From NCBI GenBank assembly GCA_945833835.1, contig CAMAFR010000011.1, positions 545 through 64,544 on the forward strand: a DNA stretch of 64,000 nt. Reading direction: 5' to 3'. The translations under genes were made by a program, and so were the position numbers. Positions 47,070-57,877 of this stretch are shown here, in pieces. Origin of the DNA: an uncultured Bacteroides sp. GTDB taxonomy: Bacteria > Bacteroidota > Bacteroidia > Bacteroidales > Bacteroidaceae. Below the pieces are notes generated by a model that made no database searches, had not been told where the DNA came from, and worked only from the letters and a program-made list of their open reading frames with translations. Each line of letters begins with the position of its first letter. The stretch's first letter is position 1.

Positions 47070-48098
47070 TCAGCCGAACAGGGTCGGCTGGCTGTCGTTG
47101 TAGCGGCTCCGTCCCAGATGCTTATAGGCCAGTTCGGTCACTTCGCGCCCACGCGGTGTCCGTTTCAGGAACCCTTCCTTGATGAGGAACGGTTCGTAGA
47201 CCTCTTCCAGCGTACCCGGGTCTTCTCCCAATGCCGTGGCTATCGTGGTCAGGCCCACGGGTCCCCCCTTGAACTTGTCGATGATGGTGCACAGCAGCTT
47301 GTTGTCAATCTCGTCCAGCCCGTAGCGGTCAATGTTCAGCGCTTCCAGGGCGAAGCGGGCAATCCGGGTGTCGATGCGTCCCGACCCCTTCACTTGGGCG
47401 AAGTCGCGTACCCGTCGCAGCAAGGCGTTGGCGATACGGGGCGTACCCCGGCTGCGGGAGGCTATCTCGTGGGCCGCCTCCACATCGCAGGGGACGCCCA
47501 GAATGCCGGCCGAACGCAGCAGGATGCGTCCCAGCACCGTTTCGTCATAGTATTCCAGGTGGAGGTTGATGCCGAAACGGGCCCGGAGCGGAGCGGTCAG
47601 CAGGCCGCTGCGGGTGGTGGCGCCCACCAAGGTGAACGGGTTCAGGTCCAGCTGGATGCTTCGGGCCGAGGGACCTTTGTCAATCATGATGTCAATGCGG
47701 TAGTCTTCCATGGCCGAGTAGAGGTATTCTTCCACTACCGGGCTCAGCCGGTGGATTTCGTCAATGAACAGCACGTCGTTCGGTTCCAGGCTGGTCAGCA
47801 CCCCGGCCAGGTCGCCCGGCTTGTCGAGCACCGGCCCCGAGGTCACTTTGAAGCCCACGCCCAATTCGTTGGCGATGATGTTGCTCAAGGTGGTCTTGCC
47901 CAGTCCGGGAGGGCCGTGCAGCAGCACGTGGTCCAGCGCCTCGGCACGCAGCTTGGCCGCCTTGACAAAGATGCGCAGGTTGTCCACCACCTTGTCCTGT
48001 CCGCTGAAGTCGCCGAACTGGAGGGGGCGGAGGGCGTTCTCGAAGTCGCGCTCTTTGCCGGTGGGCTTATAGTCTCGTATGTCAAATTGTTCTTCCAT
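47070..48098 (-). CDS. ruvB: Holliday junction branch migration helicase
   Basis: [23 protein letters not shown]. Confidence 0.97.
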   Translation of the reverse strand: MEEQFDIRDYKPTGKERDFENALRPLQFGDFSGQDKVVDNLRIFVKAAKLRAEALDHVLLHGPPGLGKTTLSNIIANELGVGFKVTSGPVLDKPGDLAGVLTSLEPNDVLFIDEIHRLSPVVEEYLYSAMEDYRIDIMIDKGPSARSIQLDLNPFTLVGATTRSGLLTAPLRARFGINLHLEYYDETVLGRILLRSAGILGVPCDVEAAHEIASRSRGTPRIANALLRRVRDFAQVKGSGRIDTRIARFALEALNIDRYGLDEIDNKLLCTIIDKFKGGPVGLTTIATALGEDPGTLEEVYEPFLIKEGFLKRTPRGREVTELAYKHLGRSRYNDSQPTLFG

Positions 48099-48201
48099 GT
48101 CCTTTCTTGAAACTCCCGACAAAAGTACAAAAGATTCGTCGAATTACCTTATATTTGCGTTTCAACTTTGTGCGGTAGTCCGCACCGATAAGCAAGCGTC
48201 T

Positions 48202-49338
48202 ATGGAGCAGAACAAACGGATAGTAGTGGGCATGAGCGGGGGCATCGACAGTTCGGCGGTCTGCCTGCTGTTGCAGGAACAGGGATATGAGGTGGTGGGG
48301 GTCACCTTACGCACGTGGGATGTGCCGTCGCATTTCTCTTCGTCCGGGCAGGAGCTGCCCGATGAGGTGATGGAGGCGCAGGCGTTGGCCGCCCGTCTGG
48401 GCATCGAGCACCATGTGGCCGATGTGCGGCAGGAGTTCAGGGAGACCATTGTGAGGTACTTCGTCGACGAGTACCTGCGGGGGCGCACGCCCAACCCGTG
48501 TGTCTGGTGCAACCCGTTGCTCAAGGAGCGGATACTCTGCGAATGGGCCGACCGCACCGGTTGCCGTCAGGTGGCCACGGGGCACTATTGCCGGCTGGAA
48601 GACCGTGGCGGCCTCCGTTACATCGTGGCCGGCGACGACGACACCAAAGACCAGTCTTATTTCCTGTGGCGGTTGCCCCAGTCCCTCCTGCAGCGGATGG
48701 TCTTCCCCCTGGGTGGGCTGACCAAGGCCTCCGTGCGCGAGTACCTGGCGCGGAAGGGGTTCGTCGGCAAGGCGCGGGGAGGCGAGAGCATGGAGGTCTG
48801 TTTCATCGAGGGCGACTACCGCGACTTCCTGCGCCGCCAGTGTCCCGATATCGACCGGCTCATAGGGCCGGGCTGGTTTGTCGACCCCCAAGGCCGGAAG
48901 CTGGGCCGGCATAAGGGTTGTGCCTACTACACCATCGGCCAGCGCAAAGGGCTGGAGATAGCCTTGGGGAAACCGGCCTATGTTTTGAAGATCCATCCGG
49001 AGAAGAACACGGTGATGTTGGGGGATGCCGACGGGCTGCTGGCAGACTATATGCTGGTAGAGGAGGTCTTTCTGGCCGACCCGCAGGAACTGTCGGCCTG
49101 TGACGGCCTGACGGTGCGCATCCGTTACCGTAGCCGTCCCCTCCCTTGCCGGGCCGTGTGGACGGACGACGGCCGGGTGCTGGTGAAGTTCCAGACAGCG
49201 GCCTCGGCCATTACGCCCGGACAGTCGGCCGTGTTCTACGACGGCCGCCGGGTCATTGGGGGCGGTTTCATCGCTTTCCAGCAGGGACTGCGCAAGCTCA
49301 TTGCCCGTTGCTTTCCCGATGACGGGACTCCTGTGTGA
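48202..49338 (+). CDS. mnmA: tRNA 2-thiouridylase
   Basis: [36 protein letters not shown]. Confidence 0.93.
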   Translation: MEQNKRIVVGMSGGIDSSAVCLLLQEQGYEVVGVTLRTWDVPSHFSSSGQELPDEVMEAQALAARLGIEHHVADVRQEFRETIVRYFVDEYLRGRTPNPCVWCNPLLKERILCEWADRTGCRQVATGHYCRLEDRGGLRYIVAGDDDTKDQSYFLWRLPQSLLQRMVFPLGGLTKASVREYLARKGFVGKARGGESMEVCFIEGDYRDFLRRQCPDIDRLIGPGWFVDPQGRKLGRHKGCAYYTIGQRKGLEIALGKPAYVLKIHPEKNTVMLGDADGLLADYMLVEEVFLADPQELSACDGLTVRIRYRSRPLPCRAVWTDDGRVLVKFQTAASAITPGQSAVFYDGRRVIGGGFIAFQQGLRKLIARCFPDDGTPV

Positions 49339-49498
49339 AATAATGATGCTCCGTAGAACAAAAACGGGCTGCTGGTTGTTGATATACTGAAGCAAAGTTC
49401 TGACAATCGGAACAAAAAGAACGGTCGCAACGTGTTGATATAGAAAAAGATTGTATATTTGTACTCAAATATCAGACCATTATTAAATATAGGTGATT

Positions 49499-50617
49499 AT
49501 GAAAGTGAAAAGAAGTTTTGCTGCCATTGTACTCGGATTGAGTGCAGTTGCTGCCTTTGCACAGACCGGTGACGACACTCGTCAGGTAAAGGAAGAAGGG
49601 ACCACCGTTTTCAAGCCGCATTGGTATATGCAGGTGCAGGGCGGTGCGTCACATACGTTTGGCGAGGGCAAGTTCGGTGATTTGATTTCTCCGGCGGTCG
49701 CTTTGAACGTGGGTTATCAGATTTCTCCCTTGTGGGGCGTCCGTGCCGGATTGTCCGGTTGGGAAGCCAAAGGCGGTGCCAAGTTGCCCACCGGCACCTC
49801 TATCTATAAATATAACTATCTGCAGGGGAATGTGGATGCCACCTTGGATTTGAGCGCGCTCTTCTGCCGCTACAATCCTACCCGTGTGTTCAATGCCTAT
49901 GCCCTGGCCGGTGTGGGGGTGAACGGTGCCTTCAACAACGACGACATGACCGCTCTTTACAATAACGGTTACAAGCCCGAATATTATTGGGACTGTCACA
50001 AGGTGAGTGTCGTAGGCCGTATGGGGCTGGGCGTGAACCTGCGTTTGAGCAGTCATGTGGCCTTCAACATCGAGGCCAACTCCAATTTCTTGAGCGACAA
50101 GTATAACTCCAAGAAGGGCGGCAATGTGGACTGGCAGTTCAACCTCTTGGGCGGCTTCACTTTCCGTTTCGGAAAGACCACCAAGAAGACCGAGCCTGTT
50201 TACTACGACCCCGCTCCGGTACAGCCGGCGCCGGCCCCTGCTCCTGTCGTGGTGGAAGAGCAGCGGCAGGAACCCACAGCCGCTGTCGTGCAGGTAGAAC
50301 CGATGCAGCAGAACATTGTCTTCCTGATCAATTCGGCGGTTATCCGTCCGCAGGAAGTCAGCAAGATGGATGCCCTGGTACAGTATCTGAATGAACATCC
50401 CAATGCCAAGGTGGTGGTCCGCGGTTATGCCGACAAGGAAACCGGTACGCCGGCTATCAATATGCGTCTTTCTGAAAAACGCGTCGCCAGTGTTTTGAAG
50501 GTGCTGAAAGAACGTGGCATTGCCGACAGCCGCATCACGACCGAAGCCAAGGGCGACACCGAACAGCCGTTCGGCTCAGCCAAGGAAAACCGCGTCAGTG
50601 TCTGCATTGCCGAATAA
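49499..50617 (+). CDS. OmpA family outer membrane protein
   Basis: Signal peptide, beta-barrel, GYAD..NMRLSEKR. Confidence 0.9.
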   Translation: MKVKRSFAAIVLGLSAVAAFAQTGDDTRQVKEEGTTVFKPHWYMQVQGGASHTFGEGKFGDLISPAVALNVGYQISPLWGVRAGLSGWEAKGGAKLPTGTSIYKYNYLQGNVDATLDLSALFCRYNPTRVFNAYALAGVGVNGAFNNDDMTALYNNGYKPEYYWDCHKVSVVGRMGLGVNLRLSSHVAFNIEANSNFLSDKYNSKKGGNVDWQFNLLGGFTFRFGKTTKKTEPVYYDPAPVQPAPAPAPVVVEEQRQEPTAAVVQVEPMQQNIVFLINSAVIRPQEVSKMDALVQYLNEHPNAKVVVRGYADKETGTPAINMRLSEKRVASVLKVLKERGIADSRITTEAKGDTEQPFGSAKENRVSVCIAE

Positions 50618-50640
50618 GCCGGGCACAATAATATACTTAT

Positions 50641-50719
50641 TGTCATTCTGAGCGAAAGCGAAGAATCTGTTAGCATTAAGTGAATGTTTACAGATTCTTC
50701 GCTTTCGCTCAGAATGACA
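50641..50719. repeat. REP-like perfect 30-bp inverted repeat
   Basis: TGTCATTCTGAGCGAAAGCGAAGAATCTGT and its exact reverse complement, 19-nt loop. Confidence 0.85.
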
Positions 50720-50778
50720 GACAAGATGACTGATTGACTTTGTTTGGGCACGCCCCCAACCGTTTTCGTAGGGGGCGG

Positions 50779-51702
50779 TCAGAGCTTTTGCAGGTCCACA
50801 TACTTCTGCCGCCGCAGTCCGACATAGAAGGGGAGCAGGCGGAAAAAGCGTTTCAGCTTCTGGCCCAGGTGCTGTGTCGGTCGCCAGCCTTTCCAGGGGG
50901 TCAGGTCGAGGTAGCGGAAATATTCGTCGCGCAGCGGGTGCTGGCTGTCGTAGTCCCACGGTTTGCGGTTGGTGAAATGCAGGATGACAGGGTCTTTCAG
51001 TACGGCGGCGAATTTCCGTTTCCAGGCATCGCTCAGTTCGGGAGGATTCCGGTAGAACCCGTCCTGCACGTTCCAACACAGGTCCGTCAGCAGTTTGTCC
51101 TTGTACATGACCCCGTTCAGCACATCCTGGTCGTTGAAGCGGATGCGTTCCGGATAGGTGTGATAATAGTCCTTGCACAGCTGCGCCATCTGGTGCGACC
51201 GCCAGTAGCCCAGGTTGATGAGCATGACGCCCGAGTTAAAATAAGAATAGCGTTTGGGGTATTGCAGGATGCGGTAACGTTCGTCTTCGTCGCATCCCAT
51301 GTCTTCCACCACCACGGCGCTTTTCCCGGCCAAGGGGGTGTCCCACAGGCGGCGGATGCTGCCCCTTACCACAATGTCGCAATCCAGATAGAGCACGCGG
51401 CCGATGTTTTTGGGCAGGATGTCGGAAAGCAGACACCGGTAATAGGCGGCCAGGGAGATGCGTCCGTGTGACATCCGTATGGTAAACCCTTCCAGCGACT
51501 GTGGAGAGACCTTGTAGAAGCACGCCTCGTTGCCATAGCGGGCAGCCAGGTCTATCAGCAGTTTCCGGTCGACAGGGGTCAGGCCGTTCTCGACCACATG
51601 CACGGTCATCTTTTCATCAGCGTTGTTCTCGAAGAGGGAAACCAGCATCACGGCACAATGCCTCACGTAGTTATTGTCAATATTGCAAGCTATATGTATC
51701 AT
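50779..51702 (-). CDS. Glycosyltransferase family 8
   Basis: YYR, LYLDCD, YFNSGV, DQDVLN, HFT..KPW. Confidence 0.92.
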   Translation of the reverse strand: MIHIACNIDNNYVRHCAVMLVSLFENNADEKMTVHVVENGLTPVDRKLLIDLAARYGNEACFYKVSPQSLEGFTIRMSHGRISLAAYYRCLLSDILPKNIGRVLYLDCDIVVRGSIRRLWDTPLAGKSAVVVEDMGCDEDERYRILQYPKRYSYFNSGVMLINLGYWRSHQMAQLCKDYYHTYPERIRFNDQDVLNGVMYKDKLLTDLCWNVQDGFYRNPPELSDAWKRKFAAVLKDPVILHFTNRKPWDYDSQHPLRDEYFRYLDLTPWKGWRPTQHLGQKLKRFFRLLPFYVGLRRQKYVDLQKL

Positions 51703-51869
51703 GGTTGAAGGGTAGATATTCGCTGCAAAGATACACTTTTTCGGGCTTATCGCCGATGCCGTCCTTGGTTTTTTAGGGGTGCGGGGCCGGCGGTTGGCGG
51801 AATAATGTTAGGCGGTATGAAAAATTTGCGTAACTTTGAGGCCCAAAACCCGAAAGAGAAAAGAGCATC

Positions 51870-52757
51870 ATGAAGAGCTATATGTTTGGCCTGCTGCTGG
51901 CAGGCGCCACGTTGTTGCTGACGGCCTGCGGCGGACAGTCCCGGCGGCCGTCGGTCGAGAAACCGTTGCTGACGGTCACCATCGAGCCGTTGCGCTATTT
52001 TGTAGAGGCGGTCGGAGGAACGTGTTTCGACGTGACCACCATCGTACCCGAGGGGACCAGCCCCGAGACCTATGACCCCACGCCCCAACAGTTGGTGGAC
52101 CTGGCGCAGAGCAAGGCCTATCTCCAGGTGGGCTACATTGGTTTTGAGCAGAACTGGATAGGAAGGCTGAAAGAGAACTATCCGGACATCCCTTTCTTCA
52201 ACCTCTCCTCGGGGATTGAGCTGATTCGTGAAAAGGATCGGGAACATCAGGGCCATGTACATGCCGGAGGGGTGGAGCCGCACGTGTGGAATTCTGCCCG
52301 GAATGCCGAAATCATGACCGACAATATCTGTGCCGTGCTGTCGAGCCTGGACCAGGCCCATTCGGGCATTTTCATGCACCGGGCCGACAGCCTCAAGCAG
52401 CTGATCCGTGAAACCGACCGGGAGATACGCCGCCTGTTGCAGCAGGGAGACCGCTCCTTCCTGATTTATCATCCGGCCCTGTCGTATTTTGCCCGCGACT
52501 ATGGGCTGACGCAAATCTGCATCGAGGAGAACGGCAAAGAGCCTTCTCCGGCCCAGTTGCAGCAGCTCATCCGGCGGTGCCGCGATGAACAGGTGCGTGT
52601 CATCTTTGTCCAGCAGGAGTTTGACGAGCGCAATGCCCGGCTCATTGCCGCCGAACTGGGCGTGCGCCTCATTTCCATCCATCCGTTGAGTTACCGTTGG
52701 CAGGAAGAGATGCTGAAGGTGGCGCAGGCGTTGGCCGGACAGCCCTCTCATCCATGA
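51870..52757 (+). CDS. znuA: Metal (Zn/Mn) ABC transporter substrate-binding lipoprotein
   Basis: LTAC lipobox, PETYDP, EPHVW, YHPALSYF. Confidence 0.85.
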   Translation: MKSYMFGLLLAGATLLLTACGGQSRRPSVEKPLLTVTIEPLRYFVEAVGGTCFDVTTIVPEGTSPETYDPTPQQLVDLAQSKAYLQVGYIGFEQNWIGRLKENYPDIPFFNLSSGIELIREKDREHQGHVHAGGVEPHVWNSARNAEIMTDNICAVLSSLDQAHSGIFMHRADSLKQLIRETDREIRRLLQQGDRSFLIYHPALSYFARDYGLTQICIEENGKEPSPAQLQQLIRRCRDEQVRVIFVQQEFDERNARLIAAELGVRLISIHPLSYRWQEEMLKVAQALAGQPSHP

Positions 52758-52769
52758 CCCGTACGCCTT

Positions 52770-53537
52770 ATGACAGCTTCTCCCATTATCCGACTGGAGC
52801 ACCTATCGGCGGGCTACGACCGCAGGCCGGTGCTGACCGATGTGAATCTGACGGTCTACGAACATGATTTTCTGGGGGTCATCGGTCCGAACGGCGGTGG
52901 CAAGACGACCCTGATGAAGGTGATGCTCGGGCTGCTGAAACCGCAGACGGGCACATTGCGGTTTTACCGGGACGGGCAGGAGGTGCCCGAAATCAGCATG
53001 GGCTATCTGCCGCAATACAACAGCATCGACAAGAAGTTTCCCATCTCGGTCTACGAGGTGGTGCTCTCGGGCCTGAACCGCCAGAAACCGTTATTCCGTC
53101 CGTTTACGGCCGCGCAGCACGAACAGGTCCGCCGCACGGTGGCGCGCATGGGGCTCGAAGGGCTGGAACACCGCTCCATCGGGCAGCTGAGCGGCGGTCA
53201 GTTGCAGCGCGCCTTGTTGGGGCGGGCATTGGTGTCACAACCGCAGGTGGTGATTCTCGACGAGCCCAACACGTATATTGACAAGCGTTTCCAGGCGGTG
53301 TTGTACTCCCTGTTGCAGGACATCAACAAGGAGTGTGCCATCGTGCTGGTGAGCCATGACATCGGCACGGTGCTCCAGAGCGTGAAAAGCATTGCCTGTG
53401 TGAGTGGCACGCTCGACTATCATCCCGATACGGAAGTGCCGGCCGAGTGGCTCGAAGAACATTTCGGCTGTCCTATCGACCTGCTGGGGCACGGCCACCT
53501 GCCGCACCGCATCCTGCAGTGCCATCCTTCCCATTAA
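52770..53537 (+). CDS. znuC: Metal ABC transporter ATP-binding protein
   Basis: GPNGGGKT, LSGGQ, LDEP, VSHD. Confidence 0.85.
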   Translation: MTASPIIRLEHLSAGYDRRPVLTDVNLTVYEHDFLGVIGPNGGGKTTLMKVMLGLLKPQTGTLRFYRDGQEVPEISMGYLPQYNSIDKKFPISVYEVVLSGLNRQKPLFRPFTAAQHEQVRRTVARMGLEGLEHRSIGQLSGGQLQRALLGRALVSQPQVVILDEPNTYIDKRFQAVLYSLLQDINKECAIVLVSHDIGTVLQSVKSIACVSGTLDYHPDTEVPAEWLEEHFGCPIDLLGHGHLPHRILQCHPSH

Positions 53538-53564
53538 GGCGGCCGGCAGACGGGAGGCACAGCC

Positions 53565-53693
53565 TCACTTTACCCGCCGGTTCAGCTGGTTGTCGGCCTT
53601 TTCGGGTCTTGACTTTCCCACGCGCTTTCCGCTGGCTTTCTTCTTTTTGGAGGTTGCCTTGTAGGCAAAAGGGTTTTTCTTGTTGACAGTCAT
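53565..53693 (-). CDS. 42-aa Lys/Arg-rich microprotein (not in ORF track)
   Basis: MTVNKKNPFAYKATSKKKKASGKRVGKSRPEKADNQLNRRVK; TACTTTTG box at 53721-53728. Confidence 0.55.
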   Translation of the reverse strand: MTVNKKNPFAYKATSKKKKASGKRVGKSRPEKADNQLNRRVK

Positions 53694-53814
53694 GCTCGTG
53701 CTATGATTGGTTTAGGACGGCAAAAGTACACGATTGGCGGACTTTAGACAAGCAAACCACCGGTTTATTGGTTTATTTTACTACTTTTGCGCACAAATTT
53801 CAAGAAAACCATTT

Positions 53815-54705
53815 ATGAGCCCTTTTGATTTTACACACGTCCTGACCTCGGCCGTTGACGAGCTCTCGGACAGCCGGTCGTTTCAAGGACTGTTTCACCA
53901 ATACAAGGAAGGTGAGCCGCTGCCTTCGGGCAAGTCGCTGGCGCGCATTGTCGAGCTGGCGCGTGCCATCTTGTTTCCCGGTTATTTTGGCAACTCCACG
54001 GTGAATAACCATACCATCGGCTACCATATCGGGGTGAACGTAGAGGAGCTGTTCGGCCTGCTGACGGAGCAGATACGTGCCGGGCTGTGTTTCGGTGCGG
54101 CCAACGGCAGCCTCTGTACCGATGTGCCTTGCCGTGACCAGGCCGCCCGGTTGGCGGCCCAGTTCGTGGCCTCCCTCCCCACAATGCGCGGCATCCTGGC
54201 CACCGATGTGGAGGCGGCCTACTTTGGTGACCCGGCGGCCACCTGCCTGGGCGAAATCATCTGCTGCTATCCCGTGATCCGGGCCGTGACCAATTACCGC
54301 ATCGCCCACCGGTTGCACGAGCTGGGCGTGCCCCTCATTCCGCGCATCATTACCGAAATGGCCCATGCCGAAGTGGGGATCGACATTCATCCGGGCGCAC
54401 AGATAGGCCACCATTTCACCATCGACCACGGTACAGGTGTCGTGATTGGGGCGACGTGCATCATTGGCAACGGGGTCAAGCTCTACCAGGGAGTGACCTT
54501 GGGGGCCAAAAGTTTCCCGCTCGACGAGCAAGGCAACCCCATCAAGGGGATTCCCCGCCACCCCATTCTGGAAGACGATGTCATTGTCTACTCCAATGCC
54601 ACCATCCTGGGACGCATCACCATCGGAAAGGGAGCGACCATCGGCGGTAATATCTGGGTGACGGAGGATGTTCCGGCCGGTGCCCGCATTGTGCAGCGGA
54701 AATAG
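53815..54705 (+). CDS. cysE: Serine O-acetyltransferase
   Basis: GDPAA, IDIHPGA, IDHGTG, YQGVTLG, RHP. Confidence 0.9.
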   Translation: MSPFDFTHVLTSAVDELSDSRSFQGLFHQYKEGEPLPSGKSLARIVELARAILFPGYFGNSTVNNHTIGYHIGVNVEELFGLLTEQIRAGLCFGAANGSLCTDVPCRDQAARLAAQFVASLPTMRGILATDVEAAYFGDPAATCLGEIICCYPVIRAVTNYRIAHRLHELGVPLIPRIITEMAHAEVGIDIHPGAQIGHHFTIDHGTGVVIGATCIIGNGVKLYQGVTLGAKSFPLDEQGNPIKGIPRHPILEDDVIVYSNATILGRITIGKGATIGGNIWVTEDVPAGARIVQRK

Positions 54706-54857
54706 TGGAACAGCCTTCAGTGATGACCGCCGGCGGGTGTCAGTGGTGACCGGCCCTGGTCATCACTGGTGGCCGGCAGGAGGCATCAGCACTGTGTGGG
54801 GCAGGCCGCAAAAGAACGACACCCGACTTTACAGGAAACTGTAAAATCGGGTGTCGT

Positions 54858-54934
54858 TGGCGGTGCGTACGGGACTCGAACCCGTGACCCCATGCGTGAC
54901 AGGCATGTATTCTAACCAACTGAACTAACGCACC
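54858..54934 (-). tRNA. tRNA-Asp(GTC) with encoded CCA
   Basis: GGTGCGTTAGTTCAGTTGGTTAGAATACATGCCTGTCACGCATGGGGTCACGGGTTCGAGTCCCGTACGCACCGCCA. Confidence 0.95.
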
Positions 54935-55188
54935 ATGTTTTTTTTGTGAGTGACTATCTCTCTCGATTGCGATGCAAAGGTAGGTGTTTTTTCTGAATCT
55001 GCAAGCGTTTGAGGCAACTTTTTTTGCTGTTTTTTTCAAGAGAAAGATAATCCGTTTATTATCAGTGAGCTATCCGGATAAAAAAATTGTCCTTCTGCCT
55101 CCCCTTCACGAGCGTGTGACCGGGAGGCAGAAGGACAAAGGGGCGGGGAGATGCCGTCTGGACACCCTCCCCACTCCTGTGAGTGTCT

Positions 55189-55767
55189 TTAGTAGTTGGT
55201 CTTCTGTACCTCAAAGTAAGCTTGGGCATGTGCGCAGGCCGGGCAGCGTTCGGGGGCTTCGGTGCCTACATACAGGTAACCGCAGTTGCGGCACTGCCAT
55301 ACCACTTCCTTGTCTTTCTTGAAGACGGTGCCTTCTTCGATGTTCTTGGCCAACGCCAGGTATCTTTCTTCGTGTCCCTTTTCGGCCACGGCAATCTCGC
55401 GATACATTTGGGCGATGGCGGGGAAGCCTTCTTCGTCGGCAATGTCGGCAAACTTCGGGTAGTCCAGGCTCCACTCCTCGTTTTCACCGGCGGCGGCGGC
55501 CTTCAGGTTCTCCAGCGTAGTGCCGATGACACCCGACGGATAGCTGGCGGTGATTTCCACACATCCGCCTTCGAGCCACTTGAACATCCGCTTGGCGTGT
55601 TCCTTCTCCTGGTCGGCCGTTTCGGTAAAGATGGCGGCAATCTGTTCGTAGCCTTCCTTCTTGGCGGCACTGGCAAAATAAGTGTAACGCATACGGGCCT
55701 GCGACTCGCCGGCAAATGATATACCTAAGTTCTTCTGGGTTCTGGTTCCTTTAATACTCTTTTCCAT
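55189..55767 (-). CDS. rbr: Rubrerythrin
   Basis: FAGESQA, EKEHA, EKGHE, CRNCG..CPAC. Confidence 0.93.
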   Translation of the reverse strand: MEKSIKGTRTQKNLGISFAGESQARMRYTYFASAAKKEGYEQIAAIFTETADQEKEHAKRMFKWLEGGCVEITASYPSGVIGTTLENLKAAAAGENEEWSLDYPKFADIADEEGFPAIAQMYREIAVAEKGHEERYLALAKNIEEGTVFKKDKEVVWQCRNCGYLYVGTEAPERCPACAHAQAYFEVQKTNY

Positions 55768-55838
55768 TGTTGTCTGTTATTAGTTGAATGTTTGGATACG
55801 TTTGTTTACTGACACAAAGGTAGTCATTTTATTCAAAG

Positions 55839-55853
55839 TTGTAATCATTACAC
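55839..55853. promoter_or_regulatory. PerR/Fur-like box upstream of rubrerythrin
   Basis: TTGTAAT-C-ATTACAC near-palindrome just upstream of -7 box at 55815-55822. Confidence 0.5.
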
Positions 55854-56004
55854 ATAATAATCTTCCTCGAATTAGCGATTATTAACAAGTGGGTGGCGGT
55901 CGGTGTCCTTCAGTAAATAAAATGAGGGAAAAGAAACGATTATGTGGACAGAAATATATATTTTTGCATAAATTTTATCATTCAGTAACAACTAATCAAT
56001 AGGT

Positions 56005-57705
56005 ATGAACAGATTTGACTTCAAGCCCAAGCTTTTCGCTACGCTTAAGAATTACAGCAAGGCCGATTTCATGACCGACCTCATGGCCGGTATCATTGTC
56101 GGCATTGTGGCGCTTCCGCTGGCCATTGCCTTCGGTATCGCTTCGGGGGTCAGTCCCGAAAAAGGCATCATCACGGCTATTGTGGCCGGTTTTATCATCT
56201 CCTTCCTTGGGGGCAGCAAAGTGCAGATTGGCGGCCCTACGGGAGCCTTTATCGTAATCATCTATGGCATCATACAGCAGTATGGCATAGACGGCCTGAT
56301 GGTGGCCACCCTCATGGCGGGCGTCATCCTCATCCTGCTGGGTGTCTTCAAGCTGGGGACCGTCATCAAGTTCATTCCCTATCCCATCATCATCGGGTTC
56401 ACCAGCGGTATCGCCGTCACTATCTTCACCACCCAGATTGCCGACATCTTCGGACTGAATTTCGGCGGCGAGAAGATTCCGGGTGACTTTGTGGGCAAAT
56501 GGCTCCTGTATTTTGACCATTTCGATACCGTGAACTGGTGGAACTTCATCGTGAGCGTTGTGAGCATCTTCATCATTGCCGTCACACCGAAGTTCTCGAA
56601 GAAAATCCCCGGCTCGTTGGTGGCCATCGTCCTGGTCACGGTGGCCGTGTGGTGCCTCAAGCAGTATGGCGGCATCACCTGCATCGACACGATTGGCGAC
56701 CGTTTCAGCATCCAGGCCGCCTTGCCCGAAGCCACCGTGCCCACCCTCAACTGGGAGGCGGTGAAGAACCTGTTCCCGGTGGCCATCACCATCGCCGTGT
56801 TGGGGGCCATTGAGTCGTTGCTGTCGGCTGCGGTGGCCGATGGTGTCATTGGCGACCGCCACGACTCCAACACCGAGCTGATAGCCCAGGGCATCGCCAA
56901 CATTGCCTCGCCCATCTTCGGCGGCATTCCCGCCACCGGGGCCATTGCCCGCACCATGACCAACATCAACAACGGCGGACGTTCGCCCATAGCCGGCATC
57001 GTGCATGCGGTGGTGCTGCTGCTCATCCTGTTGTTCCTGATGCCGCTGGCGCAATACATTCCCATGGCCTGTCTGGCCGGCGTGCTGGTCATCGTGTCCT
57101 ACAACATGAGCGGCTGGCGGGTGTTCAAGGGGCTGCTCAACAATCCCAAGTCGGATGTCAGCGTGCTGCTCATCACCTTCTTCCTCACCGTCATCTTCGA
57201 CCTCACCGTGGCCATCGAGGTGGGTCTGGTCATTGCCTGCGTGCTGTTCATGCGCCGTGTCATGGAGACCACACAGATTTCGGTCATCACCGACGAGATA
57301 GACCCCAACAACGACTCGGACGTGCGGCTGCATGAGGAACACTTGGCCGTGCCCAAGGGCGTGGAGGTGTATGAAATCAACGGTCCGTATTTCTTTGGCA
57401 TTGCCACCAAGTTCGAGGACATCATGGCCGAGCTGGGCGACCGTCCGAAAATCCGCATCATCCGGATGCGCAAGGTGCCGTTTATCGACTCGACGGGTAT
57501 CCACAACCTGACCATCCTGTGCAAGATGTCGCAGAAGGAGAACATCCACATCATCCTCTCGGGAGTGAACCCGAAAGTACACGGTGTCTTGGAGAAGTCG
57601 GGCTTCTACGATATGTTGGGCAAGGAAAACATTTGCAGCAACATCAACGAAGCCCTGGAGGTGGCCCGCAAGGAAATAGAGGCTTTGGGAGGGGAAAAGC
57701 GTTAA
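56005..57705 (+). CDS. SulP/SLC26 anion transporter with STAS domain
   Basis: VALPLAIAFG, QIGGPTGAF, GPYFFG, IDSTG. Confidence 0.93.
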   Translation: MNRFDFKPKLFATLKNYSKADFMTDLMAGIIVGIVALPLAIAFGIASGVSPEKGIITAIVAGFIISFLGGSKVQIGGPTGAFIVIIYGIIQQYGIDGLMVATLMAGVILILLGVFKLGTVIKFIPYPIIIGFTSGIAVTIFTTQIADIFGLNFGGEKIPGDFVGKWLLYFDHFDTVNWWNFIVSVVSIFIIAVTPKFSKKIPGSLVAIVLVTVAVWCLKQYGGITCIDTIGDRFSIQAALPEATVPTLNWEAVKNLFPVAITIAVLGAIESLLSAAVADGVIGDRHDSNTELIAQGIANIASPIFGGIPATGAIARTMTNINNGGRSPIAGIVHAVVLLLILLFLMPLAQYIPMACLAGVLVIVSYNMSGWRVFKGLLNNPKSDVSVLLITFFLTVIFDLTVAIEVGLVIACVLFMRRVMETTQISVITDEIDPNNDSDVRLHEEHLAVPKGVEVYEINGPYFFGIATKFEDIMAELGDRPKIRIIRMRKVPFIDSTGIHNLTILCKMSQKENIHIILSGVNPKVHGVLEKSGFYDMLGKENICSNINEALEVARKEIEALGGEKR

Positions 57706-57806
57706 GAGCCCTTAACAAAGCAGGAACAAGGGTTAAAACGTGTTATAAAACATGCTTTAATCCTTGTTTTATTGGGAGGGAACACAATTATGCGTATATT
57801 TGCATT

Positions 57807-57870
57807 GTGTTTTTCATAGTATTAGATTTAAGGTTAACAAAGGTTGGAGTACAGCGGTACTCCTTTTTTT
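57807..57870 (+). ncRNA. Putative ~64-nt small RNA
   Basis: TATATTTG box 57795-57802, no ORF, terminator GGAGTAC-AGCG-GTACTCC plus T-run. Confidence 0.65.
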
Positions 57871-57877
57871 ATGTCCG

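Noticed and set aside
51870..53537. Missing permease next to znuA/znuC as a deletion
   Set aside because: No remnant visible; the permease may be encoded elsewhere
54740..55039. 99-aa ORF
   Set aside because: Reads through tRNA-Asp
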